Positions 34,852-46,749 of a stretch of DNA of 64,000 nucleotides are shown one piece after another. Numbering within the stretch: position 1 is the stretch's first letter; the number at the start of each line of letters is the position of its first letter. This DNA is from Utricularia gibba. Lineage: Eukaryota > Plantae > Magnoliophyta. The stretch lies in NCBI GenBank assembly GCA_002189035.1, contig CM007992.1, positions 806,001-870,000 on the forward strand, in the 5' to 3' direction. The notes below the pieces were generated by a model, which saw nothing but the letters and a program-made list of their open reading frames with translations, ran no database searches and was not told where the DNA came from. The position numbers and the translations under genes are program-made.

Positions 34852-37377
34852 TTAACTTGATAAAAAGAAACTGAATGCATGATTTTCTGCAACATCTCCT
34901 TCATCCTGGAGCTCCAAAAGAAGACAATGCAGTGCTTCATATATATCACAGCACAGTGGATGGCTTTTATCTGCAGCAGCAAACACATGTGCAGATGTAT
35001 TAACTTGAATCCAGCTTTCACCTCGTACCTTCTTGACGCCTCTCTGCTTCATCAGGTCACGAATTTCATCCACCCTCGTCCATGCGCCGGAATCGGCGTG
35101 CAGATTCGAAAGCAGAACGTAGTACCCTGAGTTTTGAGGGTCCAGCTCCACGAGATGCCCTGAGGCCACTTCTGCAAGCTCTGCATTTCCATGGATCCTG
35201 CAAGCACCCAAAATGGTACCCCAGATGCCAGCATCTGGGGGGAAAGGCATAGTCTTGGTTACTTGAAATGCTTCGTCCAAACGACCGGCTCGGCCGAGCA
35301 GATCGATCAAACAGGCGTAATGCTCCATTCTGGGATCGAGTCCATGGTCATGAACCATAGAATGGAAGTAGTTTCTCCCTTGTTCTACTTCACCAGCATG
35401 GCCACAAGCAGATATTGTAGTGAGAAAGGTGACATGGTCAGGATGGAATCCTTTGTTCTGCATCTTGTGAAACAAATTCAAGCTTTCATGTAGATAGCCA
35501 TGGTTCCCATAAGCAGCTATTATGCTGTTCCAAGAAACTTCATTTCTGTACGCCATCGTGTCGAAAATGCGCTGAGCTGAATCCAAGCTCCCACATTTTG
35601 CATACACATCGATGAGAGCACTGCTAGTGAAGATATCAAAGTGGTATCCACTTCTCAACATGAAACCATGTATCTCCCTCCCATGATGAAGAGTGCAGAG
35701 ACTCCCACAGGCTGAAAGCGCAGCTGATATGGTGACACAGTCGTATTTTGCCCTTTCGAAACCCATGCTGCGAAAGAGATGCATGGCTTCTTCAGGTTTG
35801 CCATTTTGGCTGAAGTTTGCTATAACAGAGTTCCAACATATGGAATCACGTTCAGGAATCTGTGAAAATACATGATAGCAAAGATCTAGCTTGCCACATT
35901 TCCCATACATGTCACTCACTGCACTTCCAACATAGCATCTTTTCTCATATCCTCTTCTAATTATGCTACCATGCAATTCCTTACCCAAGTTCAGGGTGAC
36001 CAAGCTAGCACAAGCTGGTAAAAGACTAGCTAATGTGACAGCATTGGGTCTCATTTTCATATCAAGCATCTGCCGGAATATTTTCAGCGCTTCGTCGTTC
36101 ATCCCATTGAGCACAAACCCTGAGATCATGGCAGTGAAAATGACAACATCCACAGAAGAGCTTTGGTTGAAGACTTTAAAAGCCATGTTGGGATCCATGA
36201 ATTTGAAGTACATGTCAATCAGCGCATTCTTTAAGTGTAGATCCAAAGCTACTCCATGTCGAATGATGAAAGCATGGATTTGCTTACCTTGATTCAGGCA
36301 TCCGGAGTCAATAACAGAAGGGAACAGACTGGAGAAAGTTGTCGAGTCTGGTTTCACATTTGAAGATATCATTTTCTGAAAAAAACACACAGCATCCTTC
36401 ATGAATCCATTCTGAACATACCCACCAACCATTGCATTCCAGGTGATGAGATCAGGTTGAGTAGTGAAGTCGAACATCCTTCGAGCTGAAAAAATGCAGT
36501 GGCATTTTGCATACATTGAAACTAATGTATTGGCCACAGAAGAAGCCATATCCAGGCCACATCTTAGGACTAAGCAATGAACCTGTGTTCCAAGGCATAA
36601 CATTGACTGCACACCACATAAGCAAATGACACAAGTGTATGCAACAGAATCAGGCTGGATCTCCCCTTCTCTCATTTCTTGGAACAGGGCAAGCACATGA
36701 TCAGCTAAATCTTCATATCTAGAGTAAGCATCAAGCATTACATTCCACAACACGACATCCCTTTGTGGCAATCTGTCGAACACATCCCTTGCATCACGCA
36801 AACACTCATTGTCAGAATAGAACTTGACCAGAGCACTGCCAACGTAAACATCAAGCTCAAAATTAAAAGATTTTATCATTGTGTGAATATATTTCAGCAA
36901 TCCAACATCTTGGAGAAAACCGCAAGCCTTGATAACGTAAGGAAAAGTGTACTTATCAGGATGCGTACCAAATACCAGCATTTTGAAGTAAAACAAAACA
37001 GCATTTTCACTATGACCCATCACGGTAAGCCCTCTGATCATCCAATTCCAAGGAGCAGCATAGCGCAACTGGAGACGACAGAACAGTTTCTGGGCATCAT
37101 CATAGTTGTTAGACATAAGGTACATACCCAGAACTCTTGTGGCCAAGATACCATCTTTAAGTCCACTGACAGTAAGCTGTGCGTGTATTTCCTTAGTTTT
37201 CTGTTTTGCAGAAGGGAACAAAAAAACACTCTTTTGCTGCAAAAGAAGGGCAAAGGAAGCTAGGACTTCCTCAGTTCTCTGAAGATTGTATGCTGATTTC
37301 GGAATGAAATCACTACTCGGAAGCAAAGATTCATGATTGGAAATCGCTGTTCTTGAAATCCTTCCAATCATTTTCAT
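34852..37377 (-). CDS. PLS-class PPR protein with E/E+ domain (At4g21300-like), intronless
   Basis: Tandem PLS motifs (PWNWMIRG...PDKYTFPYVIKACG) ending PQNSGYYVLLSNLHADSG...HVFAAADKSHP. The first in-frame ATG is 37377; the ORF-track start at 37572 is TTG. Confidence 0.93.
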   Translation of the reverse strand: MKMIGRISRTAISNHESLLPSSDFIPKSAYNLQRTEEVLASFALLLQQKSVFLFPSAKQKTKEIHAQLTVSGLKDGILATRVLGMYLMSNNYDDAQKLFCRLQLRYAAPWNWMIRGLTVMGHSENAVLFYFKMLVFGTHPDKYTFPYVIKACGFLQDVGLLKYIHTMIKSFNFELDVYVGSALVKFYSDNECLRDARDVFDRLPQRDVVLWNVMLDAYSRYEDLADHVLALFQEMREGEIQPDSVAYTCVICLCGVQSMLCLGTQVHCLVLRCGLDMASSVANTLVSMYAKCHCIFSARRMFDFTTQPDLITWNAMVGGYVQNGFMKDAVCFFQKMISSNVKPDSTTFSSLFPSVIDSGCLNQGKQIHAFIIRHGVALDLHLKNALIDMYFKFMDPNMAFKVFNQSSSVDVVIFTAMISGFVLNGMNDEALKIFRQMLDMKMRPNAVTLASLLPACASLVTLNLGKELHGSIIRRGYEKRCYVGSAVSDMYGKCGKLDLCYHVFSQIPERDSICWNSVIANFSQNGKPEEAMHLFRSMGFERAKYDCVTISAALSACGSLCTLHHGREIHGFMLRSGYHFDIFTSSALIDVYAKCGSLDSAQRIFDTMAYRNEVSWNSIIAAYGNHGYLHESLNLFHKMQNKGFHPDHVTFLTTISACGHAGEVEQGRNYFHSMVHDHGLDPRMEHYACLIDLLGRAGRLDEAFQVTKTMPFPPDAGIWGTILGACRIHGNAELAEVASGHLVELDPQNSGYYVLLSNLHADSGAWTRVDEIRDLMKQRGVKKVRGESWIQVNTSAHVFAAADKSHPLCCDIYEALHCLLLELQDEGDVAENHAFSFFLSS

Positions 37378-37994
37378 TCGAGTTGCTTCTCGTGGAAGCG
37401 CGTCCGCATCTTGGAGGTCCTCTTCGTTCTGCTTCGAGGTAGAAAACGCAGCATGAATATACGGTTCGAGCTCATCTAGGTACACAATGAACTCCGCATC
37501 AGATGCGCGACGGCCTCCCCGTGTCCGCCCCTCAATGTTCTGCGATTGTGCAGACGACCTCTCCACACCCAAGCCGAGTCAAGAAATGGGTCGTGAAGCA
37601 CATGAGCCGATCTTCTCTAAATTCGGCTCTTTCAGCGTCCCGATAGCACCCCAAAACGAAGAGACAGAAAAAAACACATAATCAGAAGGCTCTCTCACAC
37701 GAACGACATGGGAAAGGAGCAAATGGAACCCAATTTCAATACTCATTCAGTAAAATACTTCAGGTTAACGAACCCAAAGTTGCTCGCGTGCGGCTCCCTT
37801 CAAGCCTGAAGCAACCCTCATGCTTCGACCGACCCATTCTAGCTAGCCTTGAACTACCCATGATTTGATTTTTCACAACCGTGCTAATCCTTCCTTTAAG
37901 CTTTATTGATGATCGTTTAGCTTGATACACTGCATAAATTCTAACCTTTTTTCACAAGTGGTGACCATGGAAGGCATACTGCACATACATAATC

Positions 37995-39337
37995 CTACTT
38001 GCTGAACCTGTCCCTGTCATGCGGCGCAGAGTAATCGATGTTTGGCCCATGGGGAACGATCCCGAAGGGGTTGATCGTAGGATGGCTCCCATAGTAATGC
38101 TTCTTGATGTGCTCCATGTTCACAGTGCTCTCCACTCCATTCAACTGAAAAATCTCTTTTGTATAGTTGAAGATGTTGGGATACTCCCTGATCAGCTTCT
38201 TGTTGCATTTGAAGTGAACTGCATACACCTGTTGAATCAAGAGTCTCAGATCTCCATCGGTTTAAGCATACCAGAACTCGTGATTACCTCATCGAATCTG
38301 ATCAAGGTGACGAATAGGCGAATGTCTGCTTCAGTAAGAGTGTCTCCACACAAGTACCTCTGTCTGCTGAGTATCTCCTCGCACTTGTCTAAAGCTTCAT
38401 ACAGCTTCTTAGCAGCCTGTGGAAGGGATGGTGAGTTCCCATTCCGATTCAGATTGAAATTCGGGTTCGAGTTGCTCACCTCATCGTAGGGCTCCTGTTT
38501 TCTGGCAAACCCACATTTGTAAACACCATTGTTGATACCATCGTAGATCCAGTCGTTCGTTTCATCGATTTGGGTTCGCAGGTGAAGGGGATAAAGATCA
38601 AGGGAAGCATTTTCAGCAATGCCATCAAACTCGGAGTTCAACATTCGGATTATCTCTGCGCTCTCGTTGCTGACGATTGTCTTGAGCTTCTTGTCCCACA
38701 AAACCTAAAAGTTGGGAATCAATCAACCAATCGATGATCTTCCCACATAGCTCAAGCTTCACTTACAGGAACGGTGTATTTCCCAGCGTAATTTGAACTT
38801 GCAAGCTCGTACAACGCTCTTATACTTTTCGCCCCATTAACTGGGTCCGGATCAGCGCCGGGTACCTCCGTCGCCGTCGCCGGGAAAACCCATCCCATGT
38901 GATCGTCGTCGATTTTGGTCCTTCCCCAGACAGGATTGACAGACTAAACAGACAGGCATCACGAAAAGTGAGTTCAAAAGTTGAAATTTTTGAGCTTTTG
39001 TCAAGCGATCTGGACTCACGGTGAAGGAGATGGCTTTATCGAGGCCCTTGATCTTGAGGTACGCAAGGCATCTGGAAGCCCAGGGGCAAGCGTAAGAGAT
39101 GTATAAATGGTACCTTCCAGCCTGAGCAGGGAAACGAGAATTGGGATCCCTTGAGATGAAGTTGCGGAACGTTGAAGCTGTTCTTTCGAAAGCTCCGGTC
39201 TTTGACATCTCATCCAGAGCTGATCGCGCTATCTGCATCTTATTCCGAAAAGCTTGGGAGTTGAAGGATTGCAGGAGCATGAATTTATGGATGAGATGAA
39301 AGATGCAGGGGAGTGAAATCATGAAGTGAAAAGTCAT
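37995..39337 (-). CDS. Glutathionyl-hydroquinone reductase (omega/Xi-like GST)
   Basis: [16 protein letters not shown] active-site motif, YTVPVLWDKK...[26 protein letters not shown], and [20 protein letters not shown]. The start may be 39238 (MQIARS) rather than 39337. Confidence 0.95.
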
Positions 39338-40018
39338 TGAAGGCAGCTGACAGAGACATGTACTACTTCTTACCTAGCAGCACAGTTGACCTTCATGTTT
39401 ACAGAAGCATTTTGGAAAGCTCGCTTCTTCCCAGACCCCCAAGGTTTCTTTATGTATTTCTGTTGCCGGAGCACCATTGCAACTTGCATCTTGAAAGGTT
39501 GGAACTTCTCTATCTATAAGTTCCAAGTTCTGCTTATCTTCACTGCCACTTTTCACCAAGATTGATCTTCTCTCTGTGCCATTAAAATTATGCCCATTTT
39601 TACAGGTGAAATCTATCTGCAGCCTGTGCTACTCAGATTATTCAGCATCCCATGGAATGTTGAATATAAGTGGCATGCAGATGATTCAGAGCGCTTGGAG
39701 GCTCCAAATAAGAGACACGATCAGTATAAGTCTACTATCAGAATTGGCATGAGAAGCAATGAAAATAGATTTGGAAACTTGAGGCGCTTGGGTCTACATC
39801 GTCTGAGAGCGGAGCTAGCCGCCTGCCCAGATTTGCAGTTCCAAGATCTGCCCCTCTATTTTACAAATGGTACAAAAACAAGCGGAATTCAGGATCATTT
39901 TACAGTAGTTGAAACTGAAGTCTATATAAAGGCAGCTCAGAGAAGCACACACACACAAACATACACAAAAGTTACAAGAACAGTAGACTCGGCTTCCCTT
40001 TAGAGCAGAAGCGGGGTA

Positions 40019-40715
40019 TCATCGAAGGTGATGCCTGCATTAACATTGCGGAAATCAGGGAGGAGTCAACTGTGATTGTCAAAAGTAGCAGTGATTTTAG
40101 TTCACCTCAAGGTTTCCTTCGTCCCACGGCGAACTTTGCAGCGGATCGTGGGAAGCCCCAGCCGCTCGTGAGCTTCATAACGATGGCAGCCAGAGAAGCC
40201 TGGTTGCAGGACACCGGAGTTCGTTAGCTCTGATGTAGTTAGCAGTGACTACAAGAAATGAGCTTGGGTGCATTTATCGATTTTTACCGTAGTAAACTCC
40301 CTCCACCTCCAACACATCGATCTGGAAAGATACAAAAAAGTTTCTTTTTTTGTCTAAGAGTGAAGGACGACAGAGGCGCAGCACAGCTTCCACTTACCGG
40401 TACTTGAAGCCCAATCTCGGAGATACTTTCCATGAGATCCTTCACTTTCTGTGGGTCATTCGATCTGGTGCGCAGTAGGGGCCTCTTTATCTTGTCAAGC
40501 GGTATCTCAACGATGACGGGTCCCCCTGCTCCTGATTCAGTTGATGGGTACCCTAGAAAACCAGAGATCACACATTATTTCGTACTGATTTTGAAGGCAA
40601 ACAGGGTGGAAAAAGAAGAAGGTGAGTAGACGGATTAGGTGCCATCTGAGGAAGCTGAAGTTCGCAAGGACGACGCCTTGAAATTGTTCGGCAACGAGAG
40701 CACGAAACTCGCCAT
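40019..40715 (-). CDS. SRX: Sulfiredoxin
   Basis: PLDKIKRPLLRTRSNDPQKVKDLMESI...VP|IDVLEVEGVYYG|FSGCHRYEAH...RRGTKETLR|HHLR*. The first intron is GC-AG. Confidence 0.95.
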
Positions 40716-40827
40716 TCTCCAGGTCGCTTGCTGTCACTGCAAAGCCTATCCACAACTCATCAAGATAATATCTTTGATTTAAATGCTAAGTCTTCCAAAC
40801 TACTTGGCTTTGGGCTAATCAATGCAC

Positions 40828-40837
40828 GCCACGTGTC
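40828..40837. promoter_or_regulatory. G-box/ABRE upstream of SRX
   Basis: GCCACGTGTC lies about 110 bp upstream of the ATG and reads ACGTGGC on one strand and ACGTGTC on the other. Confidence 0.45.
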
Positions 40838-41187
40838 CTCCAAATGTGAACACTCATCCCTACAAAGGGGTTGATTGTGGGAGTTCTGCTGTGCAAATGC
40901 CCTCCCAACATGGCAGCTGCTTTCTCTGAAGTAGTTAGAGAGCAGAGGGATTGGCAGGTCTGTACAGGGGATGGGGAGCCTGGAAAGATTTGCTGCCAGT
41001 GAAAGAAAACAAGTTGTGTCCCTTGAGACAGCAAATTGGATCTCCAAATTGTGGTGTCTTGTCTCCTAGGAAGTGATAACACAATTTTGATGGAGTTTAG
41101 ATTGAGTTTCACCAACCTGTAGATGAAGGCAGTAAATGCAACCATCCACAGTTATTTGAACACCATAAGCAGAGAGTCATTTTTGCA

Positions 41188-43279
41188 TCAACAAGGGAAA
41201 AGGATGGGACATGGATCTCTGAGAAAATTCCCATCAGGGAAATCCAGTTTCTTCATCTTCTCTTGACACCATTGCAGCTGTTCCTTGCTGACTGTCGTGG
41301 ATCGGATGACTCTCGAGACAACCTTCATATCCACAAGTCCAAGAAGTACCTCCACATCCTTGGGTGTTGTTGGCCAGCTTTTCTTTCTATAGCTCTGGCT
41401 CTTCTTCCAGATCATCTTCAGTTTCGTTGCTTTCTGCATTTAAAACCAAGTGCCATACTTAAAGAACGATCTCCATATGCTAAAAATAAGGTACGTTGCT
41501 GAGGTTAACCTTATCAAGCAAAGACTGCGAGTGTTCAAGTGAGGAAATATGGTCCGGGCTTCCCAGTCTACTGCGTGTACCAACTGCTTTTGTCTTCTCC
41601 TTCTTCATGAACTCGAGGAAACTCAAGATTGACCCCTCAATTAGTTTGAGCAAATCATGGGCAGCAACTGTAAGATCTGAGTCCTCTGTTTCATTGCTAC
41701 CTGTCAGCGACGGCACGAATCCATGAAGGTAGCTGAAGCCAAGCACGACTTCAGGTTCTTTCAGCAGAAGATAAGCAAAGATACATATGGAGACCTTTCT
41801 AGCAGTTGGCATCTCCGGGTCTATATTCATGGGTATTTTCTTAAACAGGAAGCAAAAATGAAAAGAAAAAGCAATATGAAAGAAGAAAAAAGTGTGACAT
41901 ACACAATGAAGAAAATGGTTCATAAAACGCAGAAATTATTGCTGAGGTACTTGCTTCCTGTAAAAAATGATGAGGTTGCTACTATTTTCATCCGTACCTT
42001 GGATTTTTGGAACCTGGAGCAGCTTGGGTAATGATATTCGAGTTCGCGCGTAAATTTCTGGCCTTGATCCAACTCCAAATGGTTCATTTTCAACGAATCT
42101 TTGCAAAAGGACCTGAAACTGCTGGAACAGCTGAGCACTATGGTTGTAAGAAGCGAGACTTTCAGGCTGCTGGGATATTTTCTGGCTAAATTGGGTATAT
42201 TGACAGTGAAGGACCTCCCATGTCAAGCACAGTTGTGCAACATAAGCAGCTTCAAGATCATGACAAGGATCAGTAACAGGATTCTGTAAACATTCCTTTT
42301 CCAGCGCATCAAAATTTCTTAAGGAAAGACATCCGAAAGGTGAAGAGAGCTTTTTAGATGCAAATCGAGGTGATGGTGTTGAAGGAACATGAGAACCTGC
42401 AGATGGAATACTTGTGGTCAGAGTCTCTCTCAGAAGCATATAGCAGGGCTATCCCCTGGTTCATCCTTAGGTGCAGAAACAAATAATGAAAAACATTTAC
42501 ACGATGAGCAGCAGTTGCAAAATTCATGCAGCAAAATATAACATGTTTCATTCATCGCTTCAAGATCAGTTCGTGGACGTGGTATGAATATCAGACAGCA
42601 GTATCACTTCTGCATCCTTCCAAAGTGGGAAACATCTAATGGATGGTGCTTAGATAAGTTGAGGGTTTAGTGACCAAACCAGGCATATTGTTTCACTATG
42701 GGAACCTTGTTAACATAGGCCTAACAATAAATGCAACCATCCATGGCTTTTACCGTACAATGTTCTAACAGTAGAAGATAGAGATGATCCAAGCATAAAG
42801 CACAGCATAGAATTAAGGGAACTGTTTCATATTTAACAATGGTAACAATTACCAACTTCCTGTAGATGCTGCACACATGAATGATCAAAAAACAGCATGC
42901 GCTCGCAATAGATGTCATATACAGCATCAAATCCAGACCAGAACTGCTTCCCCTCCAATTCCACATCCCTCCACTCACTAGAGCTGGACTCCCCCCCCTC
43001 TTCATCCTCTTCTTCCTCATCAGCAAGAGCTGTTTCCTCTGGTATCAAAACCATAAAGCTGTTTCTCCTAAGTTCTTTCAGCCTCCTCTTTACCTCATTT
43101 GTAAAGAAATCATCATCATCTTCTTCATCTTTCGCCTCAGTAATATTTTCAGGATGAGAATTATTAAGAAAATTAGAAATTCCTCTTCCAGTATCTTCAT
43201 CAGGCTGATGATTCTGGGTCACATTCCCAGGAACCGGAATGTGGGCATTCCTGAACTTCCTCAGCTTGAAGAATTCCAT
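41188..43279 (-). CDS. DUF1666 family protein (At3g20260-like)
   Basis: FFTNEVKRRLKELRRNSFMVLIPEE, FDAVYDIYCERMLFFD, DLEAAYVAQLCLTWEVLHCQY, and LVDMKVVSRV...LRDPCPILFPC*. Confidence 0.9.
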
Positions 43280-44541
43280 CAGGAGCTAATTTTTGCAACA
43301 ACCAACACTAACACCTCCCTTTTCTCACAACCACTACTTCAACTTGATCTGCAGCATCAAAGTAAATCATCACGAGTTAAGTTCACTCCAAAAAGTAAAC
43401 TATGACAAGGACGCAAAACAGTCACCCAACTAAGCTTTGTTTCTTTTTCTTCCTGGGTGGGGAAGGTCCAGTTACAGGCTGTAACTTTTCTTTCCATTTG
43501 GGCCATAAGCACACTCAGCAAAAGAAACAGAGAGCAAAGAATGGAAAATGCAGAGCAGAAAAAGAGCTGGCAACCTGGAATCTCCAACCGGTAAAGAAAG
43601 AGCGAGCAGAACATGACAAAAGAAACCCTAAGCGCGAAAAACGGAAAAACAAGGAGGAGGAGGATGTAGCAAATGAAGGAGAGAAGTGTGAGTGACAGAA
43701 GAAACACATTCCCCTACCAACATTTGATTGATAACGGCATGGCGTGAACTCCATTTGAGTAGATCTACAGCAGCATTGATAACTGGCGGATTGCCAAACC
43801 CAAAAACCTTTGTACATTGAATGCGCTATGACCTCTCTTACTCCTCTTCCCTACGCCACTCAACCCCCACATCGCCTGCATGTAACTTTACCAACTAGAC
43901 ACTAATGAACCAAGTTACTTGGGAAATCTCCGTCAACTAATCCCATAATTCCCGACGCGACGCCGGAGGCGTTTTTGAATTTGTACTGCAACCACCAATT
44001 TTCAAGAGAAGTAAAAAGAAATAATATAAAAGAATAATTTAATCGATAATATATTTGAATATATATATGACGTAAAAAATCTTTTATCGATTATTAAAAT
44101 AATATATTTAATATCCAATCATATAATTAATTTTTAATTTTTAATTATTTTATAATTTAAAAAATGATAATATTTATTATGATAATCGGTCGCCGCCTGA
44201 CATTGACCGCCGACCACCTGATAACGCCGACATCCCGCTGTCGATTGACGCCAGATGTCCGACAACACCAACGTCACCCGCCGCCCACTCCGTTCGCCGC
44301 CCTGTTGTCCTTCTGCCCGACGACCAAGATAGAATCACAAAGCCGATTCAACGAACTTCTTCCCAAAGCATTTTCTTCAGAACAGATGATGGATACAGAG
44401 GAAACAAAATTAAGGGGTAAGGCCAAGGTTAAGCACACAACTCAGATAGCAGCATCCAAGCAATCTCTTTTGCAAAGGTAATATCTTTATTATACAATCA
44501 GACCCACTGATTGCCTACCATCCATGTAGATTCTAAGCTGC

Positions 44542-46749
44542 TTATGATCTCAAAGCTTTTATCCAGTCAATTTCAAGGCAGAAGTCACCTGGACCAAACT
44601 TGGAACCAGGAACTGCAGCCTCCGCATTGACGGACACGGACATGCCAACGATTCGGGATGGGTTCATCTCGAGCTCTGAGTCGATGACATTGCCTCTCCA
44701 TGTAGGAAGATATCTGGCCAGTGGGATCTGCAGAGGAATGTATGATGAGAGGAGGTAAATCTTGTGGGAAACAGTGTAGGGAGAAGGAAGGTACTTGCCT
44801 TGGCAACATACCAGTTCCCCTGAGGTACAAATATGAACGCCTGCCATGAGTTATCTTCCTGTTGGCCAGGAGAGTTCACCCAGTTCTCCGTGTAAATCTG
44901 CAACGAAATCTTGTCAGCAAGCTCCCATGCTCGCACATGAATTTAACAGTTGAGCCTTGGAAAATGAAAACCCAACATAATCAGCAGCATAAATCTTCCT
45001 GCCACATCTCACCGCAGACTATAAGGAGCAGCTACTCACTGTAGATATGTAGCATCTTCCGTCTCCTTTCATCCGGAGTGCTATTGTATCATATGAATCC
45101 AGATCAATGAATCCATCAAACTGAAAAGGACATATATATGAGAAAGGCAACGCTGAAATGAAATAGGAAGTACGAAGCAGGAAAACTTGGGAAAATACAC
45201 ATAAGACTTACTACTTTTATATTAGATAGACTATTGCTTACCTTTTTGGATCTCATTCCGCAGAACCCACTTCTCTGTATGTTCCATTTTGCACTTTTAT
45301 CAACATCCAAAGAAAGGCTACCAGAGAATACACCTAGGCAGAAGATTTGCAAACACACAGAACCATTTCAATGATCACCATCAACTTTCAGTCCAACAAT
45401 AAAACTAAGAAAGCATGAGCTTCAGGGATTTGGAAGTCCAACTGGATGAATATGAGCGCTTTGTACTACATGAATAAACAGAATATGGCATGACTTTGGA
45501 AGGGACTGAAGAATTAAATCAGTTTTCAAATCAGCATTCATCCTGAAATCAAGATTCTTTAATCCTTCAATGAACATAATCATTGAATTCACATGGACAC
45601 TGATTTGAAAACTGATCTGATTCTTCAGTCCCTTCCAAAGCCATTTGGAACTTTCATCACGAATTTTTATATGAATCAGATCAATTGCTCATTGGCAGAA
45701 TTGAAAGTTAAGAAAAATCTCATGAAAAGAAAGAGACCATCCTTGAAAAAGACAAGTCCAGTAGCAAAGAAAAGTGTTTTATTGCAACAAAAAAGGATAT
45801 TGGAAGAGAAATTGTCCGGTTAATCTTGTTGTTATATGATCAAGATAATAAAGACCATCCTATGCCACACCCCCAACGAATTTTTTTGCAAAATATATCA
45901 TACATACTTTTATAAAAATGAAACTCATATCTACTATATATCAGCTCCAGAATATCCGTAGCTCTTTCAAATGCCCCGTAAAAAGCCTTTTTGTCATTTT
46001 CCCTTTAAGACAAAAGGCATAAGTTGGATAGGAAAACGTCAACGCCTTGGATTATGAACTTAATCCATAGCAGGGAGCTATAAATCAACATCCACCGAGG
46101 ACTTCCAAAAAGAAATGCAATAATGAGCGGAAGTTCAAACTAGACATAACCAACCAACCAGAAGGCCGGGGCTCATTCTCCTTTATCTCCAGAGATGCTG
46201 ATGAGAAACCTGAACAGCCATTTTATAATGATTAGAAGAAATGCAACTTCCACATCCTATACACACAAGTGGGGAAATTGCATGCCGCTCAAATTGCTCA
46301 ACAAGAACAGTCAATCATGGAACATGATTGTTTACGAACAAGTGTGCCTACATGAATATCTCGTCTAAAAACTACTTAAATGATCGCAAATGCGTATGCA
46401 TAAGAGGTAAAACATCAATATTAAAGAAAAGGAAAACAAGGTGTTGTGATCTGGCACCTCCGTATTCAGAATCCGAATACAAGTGCCACTTTTTGAGCTC
46501 CTGCTTTGAGCCAAAGCTGAAGATATATCTTTCAGCTGGAGGCACCAAGTCTTCCAGATTCCACGTAAGAGCTGGAAAAAAGAATTCAAATCGAACATAT
46601 ATAAAACATTGAAGATCAAACTTCAAAATTTAACAATTTATCTAAACAACTCAGCATTATTCAAAAAATCAATGGATAATGAGCAGAGAAGGAGTGCCTT
46701 TTTTAGCTGCATCTACAGAGGACTTCCACAATGCACGAAATCTCGACAT
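44542..46749 (-). CDS. CIA30: Complex I intermediate-associated protein 30 (NDUFAF1/CIA30-like, At1g17350-like)
   Basis: [17 protein letters not shown]|[12 protein letters not shown]...[11 protein letters not shown] ... [11 protein letters not shown]|FDGFIDL ... [12 protein letters not shown] ... [13 protein letters not shown]...[10 protein letters not shown]. Confidence 0.93.
45560..45830 (+). mobile_element. Ty1/copia gag relic in a CIA30 intron, antisense to the host gene
   Basis: [37 protein letters not shown] resembles the [14 protein letters not shown].....L.EL block of plant copia gag proteins. No LTRs or pol were seen. Confidence 0.6.

Noticed and set aside
37378-37572. 65-codon N-terminal extension of the second PPR
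   Set aside because: It begins at TTG rather than ATG and I recognise no homology. It is more likely an open 5'UTR.
39590-40003. 137-aa plus-strand ORF between GHR and SRX
   Set aside because: It is antisense to UTR and promoter sequence of both neighbours and has no recognisable motif.
43357-43817. Hydrophobic ORFs upstream of DUF1666
   Set aside because: They arise from a CT-rich leader or intron that translates to Phe/Leu/Ser-rich strings.
43865-43874. Near-USE motifs (CCCCACATCG here; also about 31333 and about 51037)
   Set aside because: They are mismatched or lie inside a CDS or 3'UTR, with no TATA box or snRNA body downstream.
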